Assembly (NCBI GenBank): GCA_963847445.1
Contig: CAWJZV010000042.1
Coordinates: forward strand, 64,001-128,000
Origin: an uncultured delta proteobacterium
GTDB lineage: Bacteria > Desulfobacterota > Binatia > UBA9968
Length of the DNA: 64,000 nucleotides
Reading direction: 5' to 3'
Shown here: piece after piece, positions 21,805-31,873 of the stretch
Position numbering within the stretch: position 1 is the stretch's first letter
How the letters are laid out: every line of letters begins with the position of its first letter
Position numbers and translations under genes: made by a program
The notes under the pieces: generated by a model
What the model saw: the letters and a program-made list of their open reading frames with translations, nothing else
Databases searched by the model: none
What the model was told of the DNA's origin: nothing

Positions 21805-21852
21805 CGCGTTTGGCAGCCAAGTCAATTATTGGGATAACCCAAGTTTTTCTTT

Positions 21853-22234
21853 TCACCACGAAGCGTCCATGAGCGCGGCGCGAGCCGCAACCGAAACTCG
21901 GAATATCTCTCGCAAAGACGCAAAGGCCGCAAAGGTCGGAAAATCACGGTGAATAAATTCTTCAAGATAATTCATCTCTGTCCCTCCGAACTGGGCTGAG
22001 CTTCGCGCCTTTGCGAGTATGACGGAATCCCATGTTCTAGTACTCCCGTTGACCGGAAAATTTGCGCAAGCCGCGTAAATTTCGAGGAGGTACGAAGGAC
22101 ACGAAGGTTTCGGATGGTTCACCGCCGAGACGCGGAGGACGCAGAGTAAAGAGTTTTTTGATTAAAATCTCTCCGAACTCAGCGAACTCAGTGCCTCCGC
22201 GGTGAAAGCTCTTTTCCCCCTTCGGTTGCGGCTC
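21853..22234. repeat. Composite nested palindromic intergenic element
   Basis: TCACCACGAAG opener; perfect 14-bp IR GAGCCGCAACCGAA (21882) / TTCGGTTGCGGCTC (22221); inner CGCAAAG and CACCGC..GCGGTG repeat pairs. Confidence 0.75.
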
Positions 22235-22265
22235 CTTCGAGTTTCATTGTCTGTCCAATCCCAAA

Positions 22266-23249
22266 TCACTGAAACACTTTGTCGGCTAAGATTAGCCGCT
22301 CCGGCGGAATTTTTAGACCGACCGCTTTAGCGTTTTTAAGATTGATCACCAGTTCCAGTTGGCGCGGCGCCTCGACCGGAAGTTGATCCGGCTTGGCGCC
22401 TTTGAGTATGCGGTCGATGTACCACGCGCCGCGGTAGCCGATTAAATACATATCGGGCGTGTAGGTCATCAGCGCGCCTTCGTCCGCGACCTGGGCTGCC
22501 GTGCAGCCGAACAGCGGCACGCCCATCTGCGCTGCGGTATCGGCCAGCGGCTTTATCCCTCTGAAAACCGCGGTGCAGATGAGAAACGCTCCGTCGATGG
22601 CGCCTTTGGACATGGGCTGGAGGACTTTCACTGCGTCTGCGCTGGAAGTGACGGGATGTTCGCTCAGTTGTATGTTCAGATGTTGGGCGATGCGCCTGAC
22701 CGAGGCGCGAATCGACTCCGGGGTGCCGATGGCCGGCCGCCCGTCGTAGAATAGCGTCACCCGGCGCAGCCCTGGTACGATTTCCTTGAACACCGCCAGC
22801 TGTTTGCCATTGTCCGCCTGGTCGCGGGTGTAGCTCAGTCCGGTGAGATTGGTATCGGGACGAGCGCGCGATTTGACGAACCCCATTCTGACGGGGTCGA
22901 GCGAGGGGGCGAAGACAATCGGGATCTCCTTGGTGACTTGCTGGGCGATGGTGGTTTCGCTGGCGCTCGAAGTGACGATGACGTCGACTTTCCGCCGCAC
23001 CAGTTCCGTCAGACGATCGCGAAGCTCCGCCGCGCTTTCGCTCCGCAGATGGTGAACGGTGAGGTTCTTACCGTCGATGTAGCCCGCCTCCTCCAAGCCG
23101 TCGAACAGGCCCCTTACTTGGGGTAGAACGATGCCGGGCTTACCGATGCCGATCAGCACCATCTGAGGTAACTGGGATCGGGATTGCCCGGCAAACGAGG
23201 CGCCCGTTAGTAAAAAGATAATGACTGGCAGTGCCCAGCAGTCTTTCAT
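22266..23249 (-). CDS. ABC-type substrate-binding protein (PF04392/TrpX-like), orphan
   Basis: Signal peptide; GYIDGKNL, IPIVF, NLTGLS, YIDRILKGAKPDQLPVEAP...LVINLKNAKAVGLKIP...LADKV. Confidence 0.9.
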   Translation of the reverse strand: MKDCWALPVIIFLLTGASFAGQSRSQLPQMVLIGIGKPGIVLPQVRGLFDGLEEAGYIDGKNLTVHHLRSESAAELRDRLTELVRRKVDVIVTSSASETTIAQQVTKEIPIVFAPSLDPVRMGFVKSRARPDTNLTGLSYTRDQADNGKQLAVFKEIVPGLRRVTLFYDGRPAIGTPESIRASVRRIAQHLNIQLSEHPVTSSADAVKVLQPMSKGAIDGAFLICTAVFRGIKPLADTAAQMGVPLFGCTAAQVADEGALMTYTPDMYLIGYRGAWYIDRILKGAKPDQLPVEAPRQLELVINLKNAKAVGLKIPPERLILADKVFQ

Positions 23250-23286
23250 CCTAATCCCCTGGTTCAGCGCGCCGGCAGGTCGCGGT

Positions 23287-24536
23287 TTACCGAAGCGATC
23301 CTCCACGCATGACCGTCTGCAAAGTCGCCAGAGTGAAAAGCGTCGGCTGATAACCTTGATTGTAGGACTCTTACGGCATCGACCAGCGTCGATCGGCCAT
23401 TTTGCACGTTGAGTAACGACCGCGGTGCCGAGGGACAGGGTCTCTTGGCCGTCGGCAAGTTTTACCGGTGTTCGCAGTGAGAACTGTTCCTTCCAATAGT
23501 TTCCCTTGCCATCCCAAGTCATTGCCCATAGAACTTCCAAGGGTCAGCGTATCGAAATAGAGTCGCCTTTCGGGGATAACAGTAACCGGAATCCTTGGGC
23601 GAGATCTCAACGCCATAGGCCTCGACGATTTCCCAACCTTCGTTTGACGGCAGATAGTCCCCGCTCTTGCGTTCAAACGGGATGCGTCTCCTGAGACAAG
23701 ATTGCCCAACATTTTAGTCCGGCCAAGAAGTCGGTAATTAAAATCGGCAACCTTTGCATTAAAGTTGTTGATGTCGTCGAAATTAAACTCACTCGGGGCG
23801 ATGGTGGCGCACCGTTGGGTCGGTGGCGCGCGGCGTACGCGGCGAATGCTCGGCACATAGATATAAAGATCGTCTTCTCTGTTGGCATCGCTATAGCGAA
23901 TCTCCAGGGTTGTCGTCCCAGCCGTGTCGCGCGGATATTCGTCGGCGCGCAGCTGCATCCAGTCGATATGTTCGTAGCCTGGGAGCGATGGCTTTGCGTT
24001 CAAGGTGACGCGACCGCGCGTTCTGATCGTGTGATGGAGCACGTCTGCGCGTCTTTCCGAGCCATCTTTTTCGATGGCGTAGCGGATGATCTTGCCTTCC
24101 CCCGTGCCGCCGCCGGTCTTGTAGTCGTCGCCGAGCCAGCGCCAGTAGAAGTTCCAAATAAGTTTCAGCGCGATTTGCGGATCGTTGGGAGCGACTTCAG
24201 GAAACGGCGATCCGGCGACATAGTTCAGCAGCTCGCCGTTCGCGGCTAATTTGACCGAACCGGAATATAGGCTCGTTGCCGCGTCAGATACTCTTTGGGA
24301 TTGCTCACGAACCGGCTTTGCTTGATCTTAAAACTGTAGCCCGACTTAATGCGGTTGAGCAGGTTCTCGCCGACCATGCCTTTGGCGCGCTGCCAATTGT
24401 TGGGGCCGATGGTGTCGCCGGGTTTGAGGTCAGGATCGGCGGCGTGAGTCGTTGCCGGTACGCCGAGCAAGAAAAAAACCAAAATCGCGAACCAGCGCGC
24501 AAGCCAATGAATTTTCTGTTGGGTCGGCATCATCAT
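23287..24536 (-). CDS. DUF1329-family periplasmic (LolA-like) protein, frameshifted
   Basis: Signal peptide, LKPGDTIGPNNWQ, NYVAGSPFP, YIYVPSIRRVRR, WDGKGNYWK pieced from several frames. Confidence 0.75.
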
Positions 24537-24618
24537 CGAATGACAGCTCCCGCGAATCGGCAGTGAGTGAGAGGATCGTCTCGTCTGAGCAACCCCAGTA
24601 TCGCAAGCGAATTATTAT

Positions 24619-24634
24619 AGCAAGCCACGCGCCA
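24619..24634 (-). promoter_or_regulatory. sigma54 promoter of the DUF1329-SBP-HK-RR unit
   Basis: Minus strand TGGCGCGTGGCTTGCT. Confidence 0.7.
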
Positions 24635-24730
24635 TGGTAGGCTGGCTGCAGCTCTAGCAGCCTCTACTGTCGTAATTTGCTGATTGTCAGCCTCATTGAG
24701 GTTAGTGCGGTTCAATCCAGACGAGGAGAG

Positions 24731-24770
24731 TGAGTATTTTTTTACACATCTCTGTGTAGATTTTGATACA
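24731..24770. promoter_or_regulatory. Tandem putative UAS shared by divergent sigma54 promoters
   Basis: TGAGTATTTTTTTACA (24731-46) and TGTAGATTTTGATACA (24755-70); the first matches TGAGT-N8-ACAC found on the minus strand at 17200-17216. Confidence 0.55.
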
Positions 24771-24821
24771 TGCTATTGACGATTATGACGGGTCGCCAAT
24801 GAATTAGCTCGGTAATCACGG

Positions 24822-24837
24822 TGGCATCTGGCTTGCC
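24822..24837 (+). promoter_or_regulatory. sigma54 promoter of the outer-membrane protein gene
   Basis: TGGCATCTGGCTTGCC, ~37 bp before ATG 24874. Confidence 0.7.
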
Positions 24838-24873
24838 CATGGGGCGAAAGAAACAGGTTCATACGGGAGTGAT

Positions 24874-26529
24874 ATGAATCGGCGGTCGACATGTCATTTA
24901 TGGGTGGGGTTAACTTGGTTGGCGACGATCACGTCCACGGCGCCGCTCCAGGGCAGCGGGTTCGAGCAATTCATTCAAAACAACGTGAGATTCGGCGGTT
25001 TCATCGAAAACGCGACGGGGCTGGCGGTAAGCCATGGCAGCCGTTTCTTCGATACTACGAACCGTTTCGACATGAACCGGCTGACCTTACAGCCGGAACT
25101 CAACGTCAAGTTCAGCGATGACTGGAAGCTCTTCTTGGCGTGGAAGTTTGTCAAGGAGCCGCGCTACGCAATGGAAAGCGCCAGCCGCAAGCAGTCGGTG
25201 CAGCCGAGCGCCGGCGTGGGCGGCCTGTCGAATAAGTATTACGACGAATACAGTCCGGTGCCATGGGAAGCGGTGCTGGATTACAAACCGAGCGACCGGT
25301 TGGCGCTGCGCTGGGGGCGGCAGTTTATTTCCTGGGGCGAGACCGACGGCATTCGGCTGCTCGATATAATCAACCCGCAAGACGGGACGTTCGCCCCGCC
25401 GGCGGCGCCAAATCTTTTCAATCTGGACGAAACCCGAATCCCATCTTGGGGATTGCGCGGGCTTTACACGATTCAACCCGAGTCCAATACGATCCTCGAT
25501 GTTTTTGTCCTGCCTGGGGCGCTGGACCGGGCCAGACAAAGAGTCGATGAAGTGGTCGGCAGCAATGATACCAGTGACCGCACCATCAAATACGGTCGCT
25601 GGTCGAGCCATCCCGAGACGCGCATCGCCTTTGGCCGGCTGTTTGCCAATCCGCTCGGCGCGGCGCCGGTGGTCGTGCCCTTTACCCAGCGCGAGCTGCC
25701 GGAGTCGGCGGATTCGTGGAAACTCGGCGGCCGGCTGACGCATAATTTAGGCAAGCTCAATTTCGCCTTGGGTTATATCTGGGGATACAACCCCCAAGCG
25801 GCCGACATGGTTTTCAAGATGAAGGGTCAGCCGGCGCTGTGTGGGCCGCCGCGCTGCCCGCCCAACGGCACCAGGATCAACTTGGACTTGATCAACGGCC
25901 GCGGCCATAGCGTCGCCGGACAGTTCAACTATCCGATCGGCGATATGATGCAGCTGCCGGTCAACTCGACGCTGCGCGGCGAAGTGGTGCTTCTGCCGCA
26001 TAAGCCCTACAACATCGCGGCTTATCCTGGGCGCAATTGCCAGACCGGCGCCGCCACCGGCCTACGCGCCGGTCCGAGCTGCCGATATCCCGACGGCGTC
26101 GTCGACAAACATACGCTGCGCTACGCCCTCGGTCTCGATCGCACGACGCTCATTCCACTGCTCCACCCAGACGATCCCTGGCGCGCGTTCAATCTGTCAG
26201 TGCAACTTTTTCAGAGCGTTATTTTCAATCACGAGGACGGCATTCGGCCGTTTTCCAGCATGGAGCGGATCAAACGAGTATCGACGACACTGACGTTTCG
26301 CGCCGGCACCGGCTACTTGGGCGACACGCTCCTGCCGGATATCTTTCTCGCCTACGACCCGGCAGGTTACTACGCGGTCAATCCGGCGCTCAGCTACGCC
26401 CCGCCGGGCAACGAAAAACTCCGCTTCACTTTGACGGCAGTGATCTACGGCGGGCGCAATAAGTTCAAGTCCTTCGGTTTTTTCGACGAGAAGGATTCGG
26501 TGTTTCTCAAGATGCGTTATCAGTTTTAG
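24874..26529 (+). CDS. DUF1302-like outer-membrane beta-barrel protein
   Basis: Signal peptide; GRQFISWGETDGIRLLDIINPQD motif; C-terminal DEKDSVFLKMRYQF barrel signature; adjacent DUF1329. Confidence 0.75.
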   Translation: MNRRSTCHLWVGLTWLATITSTAPLQGSGFEQFIQNNVRFGGFIENATGLAVSHGSRFFDTTNRFDMNRLTLQPELNVKFSDDWKLFLAWKFVKEPRYAMESASRKQSVQPSAGVGGLSNKYYDEYSPVPWEAVLDYKPSDRLALRWGRQFISWGETDGIRLLDIINPQDGTFAPPAAPNLFNLDETRIPSWGLRGLYTIQPESNTILDVFVLPGALDRARQRVDEVVGSNDTSDRTIKYGRWSSHPETRIAFGRLFANPLGAAPVVVPFTQRELPESADSWKLGGRLTHNLGKLNFALGYIWGYNPQAADMVFKMKGQPALCGPPRCPPNGTRINLDLINGRGHSVAGQFNYPIGDMMQLPVNSTLRGEVVLLPHKPYNIAAYPGRNCQTGAATGLRAGPSCRYPDGVVDKHTLRYALGLDRTTLIPLLHPDDPWRAFNLSVQLFQSVIFNHEDGIRPFSSMERIKRVSTTLTFRAGTGYLGDTLLPDIFLAYDPAGYYAVNPALSYAPPGNEKLRFTLTAVIYGGRNKFKSFGFFDEKDSVFLKMRYQF

Positions 26530-26629
26530 CTCTGCTGTGCGACACCGAGAATTGGTTCACACGCCCTTGTCACTGCTTTCTGAGTCACATAAGATCGCGC
26601 GTGAATTTACTCCAGGAGCAAATAACCAG

Positions 26630-27082
26630 ATGATTCTTGACGGCACCATCGATCTCAATGTCCCAGTCGAAAAGGCTTGGGACTTTCTGATCGATATCAA
26701 TAAATTTTCCACCTGCTTGCCGGGTATCGATTCGGTGACGCAGATCGACGCGACGCGCTTCGACGGCGTGATTTCGGCGACGGTGGGGCCGATCTCGGGA
26801 AAGTTTAATTTTCGTTCGACCATCGTCGAGAGCAGGCCGCCGGAGCAGATGGTGGTGAAAACGGAAGGCACGGACAGCGTGACCAAGAGTACCGTGAATG
26901 CGGATATGACCGTCGATCTGCGGCGGGTTTCGGACTCGACGTCGCAGATGGATTACAAAGCGGACGTGAAAATCAAAGGACGGCTGGGCATCCTGGGCGA
27001 CATGGTGTTGCGCGCGACGGCGACTTTGATTTTGCAGGAATTTACCAAGCGGCTGCATCAGGGGCTTGGCGAGCAGGCGTAA
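26630..27082 (+). CDS. CoxG/SRPBCC family protein
   Basis: VEKAWDFL.D...CLPG, VGPISGKF, GRLGILG. Confidence 0.8.
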   Translation: MILDGTIDLNVPVEKAWDFLIDINKFSTCLPGIDSVTQIDATRFDGVISATVGPISGKFNFRSTIVESRPPEQMVVKTEGTDSVTKSTVNADMTVDLRRVSDSTSQMDYKADVKIKGRLGILGDMVLRATATLILQEFTKRLHQGLGEQA

Positions 27083-27097
27083 TTTTAGTATGGGGTT

Positions 27098-27227
27098 AGC
27101 AGGCCGTTGAAAAAGGCTCATCGCTTTCGTTGCGCTCGATCACCTCGCTCCAACGTACCGTGACAGTACGTTTTCGCTCTTCGATTTCTCGCGCGCCTCG
27201 CATCTGAACCATTTTGAACAGCCTGCT
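27098..27227. mobile_element. MITE-like ~130-bp element with imperfect terminal inverted repeats
   Basis: AGCAGGCCGTTGAAAAAGG ... CCATTTTGAACAGCCTGCT, central AACGTAC..GTACGTT hairpin. Confidence 0.6.
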
Positions 27228-27282
27228 GCGAGGTTTCACTTAAATCTGCGATAAAATTCTGATTACAGATTAGGAGTTTTTC

Positions 27283-28796
27283 ATGGCGGATAAGTATGAC
27301 GTAATTATTGTCGGCGGCGGGTCGGCGGGGTGCGTGGCGGCGAGCCGTCTTTCGGAGGATTCCGGTCGCAAAGTGTTGCTGCTCGAAGCCGGCCCGGATC
27401 CTTGGCCGCTGCCGGAGCTGGTGGCCAATTCCTCGATGCAGACGCGCTTGCTGTTGGAATCCGACTTCGTGTCTATGTTCGGCACCCAGCGCCATATCGA
27501 CGGCAGCACTTATTATGCGCTCGCCGGCCGCATCATGGGCGGCGGCTCGTCGGTCAACGTCATGTCGGTGCTGCGGCCGCAGCGCTACGATCTTGGATCA
27601 ATGGGTGGCGGCGGGCAATCCCGATTGGACTTACGAGCGCTGCTTGCCGTTCATGAAGAAGATCGAGTCGGACCAGGATTTTCCCGACGACCCGATTCAC
27701 GGCAAGGACGGGCCGCTCTACGTCAAACGCCAGTATACCCTCGACATGCCGATGTCGCCGCCGGCGCGGGCCTTCATCGACGCGGCTTACGCCATGGGCT
27801 TGCCGAAGTGTCCCGATCTCAATGTCCCCGAGCCCTATGGTGTGTGCGCTTCGCCCTACAACATCAAAGATGGCAAACGCCAGTCCACCGTGGTGGCATA
27901 TTTGAATGCCGCGCGCGAGCGCAAGAACCTGACGATCATCGATCAGGCGACCGTGCATACGCTCAAGCTCACCGGCAAGAAATGCGAGGGCGTCAATTAC
28001 GAGCGCGACGGGCAAATGCACAGCGTCCTTGGCGGGCAGATTCTCGTGACCTCAGGCGTTTACGGCTCACCGCAGATTCTCATGCTTACCGGCATCGGCC
28101 AGGCGGAGCAGTTGAAAAAACATAACATCGCACTGGTGCATGAATTGAAGGGCGTCGGCGAAAACTATCAGGATCATCCGGTGGTGTTCATGACCTTCGA
28201 GGGGCCGAAGGAGTCCAAAGAAGATTGGGTTGTGCCGCGCTTCCGCTTGATCATCCGCAAAAACGCCATCAGCGAGGCCGCCAATTTCCACATCAACATG
28301 CGGCCGCCGACGGAAGTGACCGGACTCAAGCGGATGATGCCGATCTCGGCGCATTTGCTCGAGCAGCGCAACCGCGGCAAGGTTTTCCTGCAGAGCAGCC
28401 GATCCGCACGATCAAGTCGGCATCGATTCCTGCATGCTCGAACATCCCGAAGATTTGAAAGCGATGGTCGAGGCGATGCAGTTCATCGATGATCTGGTGC
28501 ACCGGCCAGAGGTGAAGGAGTACTACGGCCCGCTGATTCAGCCCGGACCCGGCGAAGATTGGGGCGCGTTCGCGCGCAAGACTTACGACAGCTATCACCA
28601 TGGCGTCGGCACCTGTAAGATGGGGCCGGCGAGCGATGCCATGGCGGTGGTCGATCAACGACTGCGCGTGCACGGCGTGCAGAATCTCTGGGTCGGCGAC
28701 GCGTCGATCATGCCGGTGGTCAGCCGCGCCAATACGAATTTAACGTCAATCATGATCGGCGAACGGTTGGCGGATTTTGTCCAGGAGGTCGCGTAA
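27283..28796 (+). CDS. GMC oxidoreductase (choline dehydrogenase-like), frameshifts ~27595 and ~28400
   Basis: VGGGSAGC FAD motif, GGGSSVN, SPQILMLTGIG, GVGENYQDH, HGVGTCKMG, DASIMP..NTN. Confidence 0.9.
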
Positions 28797-28809
28797 ATAT
28801 TCGGTCAAA

Positions 28810-28935
28810 AGTTCAAGGTTCAAAGGTTCAAGGTTTTCGGATAAGGATCGGAAGATGCCGAAGCTGAAGCTTGTGCCTTGTTCTTTGGTTGTGGCGTGGA
28901 GCGGACTTGAACTTTTGAACCCTTGAACCTTGAAC
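28810..28935. repeat. Inverted heptamer arms (GTTCAAG)n ... (CTTGAAC)n
   Basis: gttcaaggttcaaaggttcaagg ... cttgaacttttgaacccttgaaccttgaac. Confidence 0.7.
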
Positions 28936-28953
28936 GAATTCTGGAGGTAACCC

Positions 28954-29463
28954 ATGGCCGACTATCCTTTGACCGCTGCGGCGATCAAGCATGAATTCAA
29001 ACGCGCCGGCATCCATTTTGTCGTGGCCTTGCCGGACCGGGTGACCAGCCACCATTTGTTGAAAGGGTTGCTGGCCGATCCGGACTATAAAGTCGTGCAG
29101 GTCTGCAAAGAGGACGAAGGCGTGTCGATTTGCAGCGGGCTTTACGCCGCCGGCCACAAGTCGGTGTTGATGATGCAGTACACCGGCTTTCTCGATTCGA
29201 TCAATTCGATCCGCGGCATCGCCGTGGAGGGTAAATTCCCCGTGTGCATCGTCGTCGGGCTGCTGGGCAAGGAGCCTGATATCGAGCCAAGCAAGTCGAA
29301 AAAATACGGCGTCAAGATCATCGAACCGATCTGCGATGTCATGGGCATCGAGCACTGTCTGATCGAACGGGACGCCGACACGCCGAAAATCTTTTCGGCC
29401 ATCGAAAAGTCATTCGCCGGCTCGGCGCCGAGCGCGATTCTTATCGGAAGGGAGCCACGCTAA
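28954..29463 (+). CDS. Sulfopyruvate/phosphonopyruvate decarboxylase-like alpha subunit (ComD-like)
   Basis: VVALPD, KEDEGVSICSGL..AG, LMMQYTG..DSIN; 169 aa, paired with beta subunit. Confidence 0.75.
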   Translation: MADYPLTAAAIKHEFKRAGIHFVVALPDRVTSHHLLKGLLADPDYKVVQVCKEDEGVSICSGLYAAGHKSVLMMQYTGFLDSINSIRGIAVEGKFPVCIVVGLLGKEPDIEPSKSKKYGVKIIEPICDVMGIEHCLIERDADTPKIFSAIEKSFAGSAPSAILIGREPR

Positions 29464-29464
29464 C

Positions 29465-30031
29465 ATGATGAAGCGAGATGAGATGCTCAAGGCCTTTGCG
29501 CGCCAGCGCAAGGATGAAATCGTCGTGGCGGTTTACATGGCGGCGCAGGAGATCACCCATATTTCGCCGAGCGAGCTGAACTACACCTTCATCGGCGCCA
29601 TGGGGCAGGGCTCGTCCCATGCGCTGGGCCTGGCGCTGGGCCGGCCCGATAAGAAAGTCGTCGTGTTCGATGGCGACGGCAGTCTGCTGATGAATCTCGG
29701 CTCGCTGGTGACCATCGGTAATCAAGCGCCGAAGAACTACATTCACTGTCTATGTGAGAACGGCTGCTATGAAACCAACGGCTCGGTGCTGACGCCCAAT
29801 TCCGGCAACATCCGCTTTGCCGAATTCGCCAAGACCGCCGGCTACAAGAAGACCTACGAGATCGCCGATCTCGCCGAATGGGAGCAGAAGCTGCCGGAGA
29901 TTCTCAACCAGGAAGGACCGCTGTTCGTGACACTGAAAGTCGAGCCGGGCGAGGCTTACCCGGAGAACTTCCCGCGGCTCTACAGCATCGAACATCGAGA
30001 AAAGTTTCGCCAGACACTGGCCAAGAGTTAA
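29465..30031 (+). CDS. TPP-binding decarboxylase beta subunit (ComE-like)
   Basis: GAMGQGSSHALGLAL; GDGSLLMNLGSL...ENG TPP motif. Confidence 0.8.
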   Translation: MMKRDEMLKAFARQRKDEIVVAVYMAAQEITHISPSELNYTFIGAMGQGSSHALGLALGRPDKKVVVFDGDGSLLMNLGSLVTIGNQAPKNYIHCLCENGCYETNGSVLTPNSGNIRFAEFAKTAGYKKTYEIADLAEWEQKLPEILNQEGPLFVTLKVEPGEAYPENFPRLYSIEHREKFRQTLAKS

Positions 30032-30128
30032 CGCTGCCTTCCCAGTCTAGCGTTGCGGGTCTTGAGTTGAAATCGAGACGCGCGACGCTGGACTTTTTTC
30101 ATGCCTGCCGCCGCGTGATCCATCAACC

Positions 30129-31004
30129 ATGACCTCGGAAGCGACGGCGCAGATTCTCGCGCTCATCACCTCGGTCTTGTACGCCTCGGCGCTGGTGTCG
30201 GCGCGGGCCGGCATGCGCTATTCGACGCCGACCACGGTGACGCTGGTGTCGATCCTGATGCAGAATGCGCTTCTGTGGGCCGCGGTGTTCGCCACCGGCG
30301 GGGTGCATGCCGTGCCGCTCACCGGGATTGTGCTTTTTACCGTGGTCGGGGTTTTTCAGTTGGGTGTGCGCTTGTTCGCCTACACCGGCGTCGAAAAGAT
30401 CGGCGCTTCGCGCAGCAGCGCGTTGCAGTCGGTCAGCCCGCTCTTTAGCGCGACGATCGCGATCGTGGTTCTCGGGGAGCAAACTTCGGCGCTGATCACT
30501 CTCGGCACCTTCCTCGTGGTCCTGGGCATCGTTCTAGTCTCATGGAAGCCGGAACGACAGCTCTCAAGTTTTCGCCGCTGGCATTTGCTGCTGCCTATCG
30601 GCGCGGCCTTTCTGACCGGCATGAATCATCCGATCCGCCGCTACGTTTTGACCATGGCCAACGAGCCGCTGTTTTTCTCCGCGCTCATGGGGCTGGTGTC
30701 GTTCGGCGCGTTTCTAATCTATCTGGCGGCGTCGCCAAGCTCTCAGCGTCTGGTGTGGCACCGCCAGGCGTTGTGGCCGTTTCTCACCACTGGGCTGTTC
30801 GAAACCTTTTCGATCCTCTGCATCATCACCGCCATCAGTCTCGGGCGGGTGGTTATTATCGCGCCGATCGCCGCCAGCTATCCGGTCTGGTCGCTGATCT
30901 TCGCGGCGCTGTTTCTGCGCGATGTCGAAGCGATCAATTGGAAGGTGATCGCCGGCATCGTCAGCGTAGTGGGGGGCAACTTCGCGATTCATTTGGGGCG
31001 ATAA
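30129..31004 (+). CDS. EamA/DMT family transporter
   Basis: ~10 TM in two repeats; IGASRSS...PLFS...LGE. Confidence 0.85.
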   Translation: MTSEATAQILALITSVLYASALVSARAGMRYSTPTTVTLVSILMQNALLWAAVFATGGVHAVPLTGIVLFTVVGVFQLGVRLFAYTGVEKIGASRSSALQSVSPLFSATIAIVVLGEQTSALITLGTFLVVLGIVLVSWKPERQLSSFRRWHLLLPIGAAFLTGMNHPIRRYVLTMANEPLFFSALMGLVSFGAFLIYLAASPSSQRLVWHRQALWPFLTTGLFETFSILCIITAISLGRVVIIAPIAASYPVWSLIFAALFLRDVEAINWKVIAGIVSVVGGNFAIHLGR

Positions 31005-31226
31005 TCGTCCGTGAAGAACAGCCGGAAGAAGGTTCACCGCGAAGCGCACGAGAGACCACAGAGATCGGAATCGGAGTATTACCGCAAAGGGCGCAAAAAT
31101 CGCAGAACCTCGTGAACGGACCTGGGGTGAGCTGGGCAACCATGCCCTGTGGTGAAATGACCCTCGATTCTGCTTGTCAGTCGCACGCGCAGCTTGCATA
31201 AGATCGATCGCCGGAGGTACGCTGCC

Positions 31227-31853
31227 ATGAAACTTTACGATATTTCTTTGACTCTTTCGCCGGAGTCGATTCGTTGGGTGACGGCGCAGCCGTTGGAATT
31301 GATCGGGCGCAAGCGTATGAGCCAGGGCGATACCAACAACTCGTCGTCGATCCACACCAGCGTCCATGCCGGCACCCATGTCGATGCGCCGTTTCATTTT
31401 TTGCCTGACGGCATCACCATCGAAGCGTTGCCGCTGGAGACTTTTATCGGCCCGGCGCGGGTGTGCGCCGCCGAGCCGGGCACGCATATCACGGCCGCGG
31501 ACGTAGCCAAGGCGAATCTCCAGGGCGAGACCCGGGTGCTATTCAAGACGCGTAATTCGCAGTTGCTGAAGAAGGGAGTCTACGACGCCAACTTCGCGCC
31601 GTTCTCCGTCGATGGCGCCAAGGCGTTGGTCGATCTCGGCGTGAAATTGGTTGGCTTGGATTATTTGTCGGCGGCAGGCGCCAGCGAGCAAGTGCCGGTG
31701 CACCGGGCGTTTTTGGATCATGGGGTGATACTGCTCGAAGGCGTCGACTTGTCCGATGTGCCGGCGGGACGCTACGAGCTATTTTGCCCGCCGATAAAAC
31801 TTGCCGGTTCCGACGGCGCGCCGTGCCGGGCGGTGCTGCGGGAGCTCGTGTGA
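31227..31853 (+). CDS. Cyclase family metallohydrolase (kynurenine formamidase-like)
   Basis: HAGTHVDAPFH, VGLDYLS, GSDGAPCRAV. Confidence 0.9.
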   Translation: MKLYDISLTLSPESIRWVTAQPLELIGRKRMSQGDTNNSSSIHTSVHAGTHVDAPFHFLPDGITIEALPLETFIGPARVCAAEPGTHITAADVAKANLQGETRVLFKTRNSQLLKKGVYDANFAPFSVDGAKALVDLGVKLVGLDYLSAAGASEQVPVHRAFLDHGVILLEGVDLSDVPAGRYELFCPPIKLAGSDGAPCRAVLRELV

Positions 31854-31873
31854 GTAAGTCGCCGGAGAATAAT

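Noticed and set aside
21853-22234. Short repeated units as a CRISPR array
   Set aside because: No constant 23-47 bp repeat with regular unique spacers and no cas genes; units are nested palindromes and microsatellites
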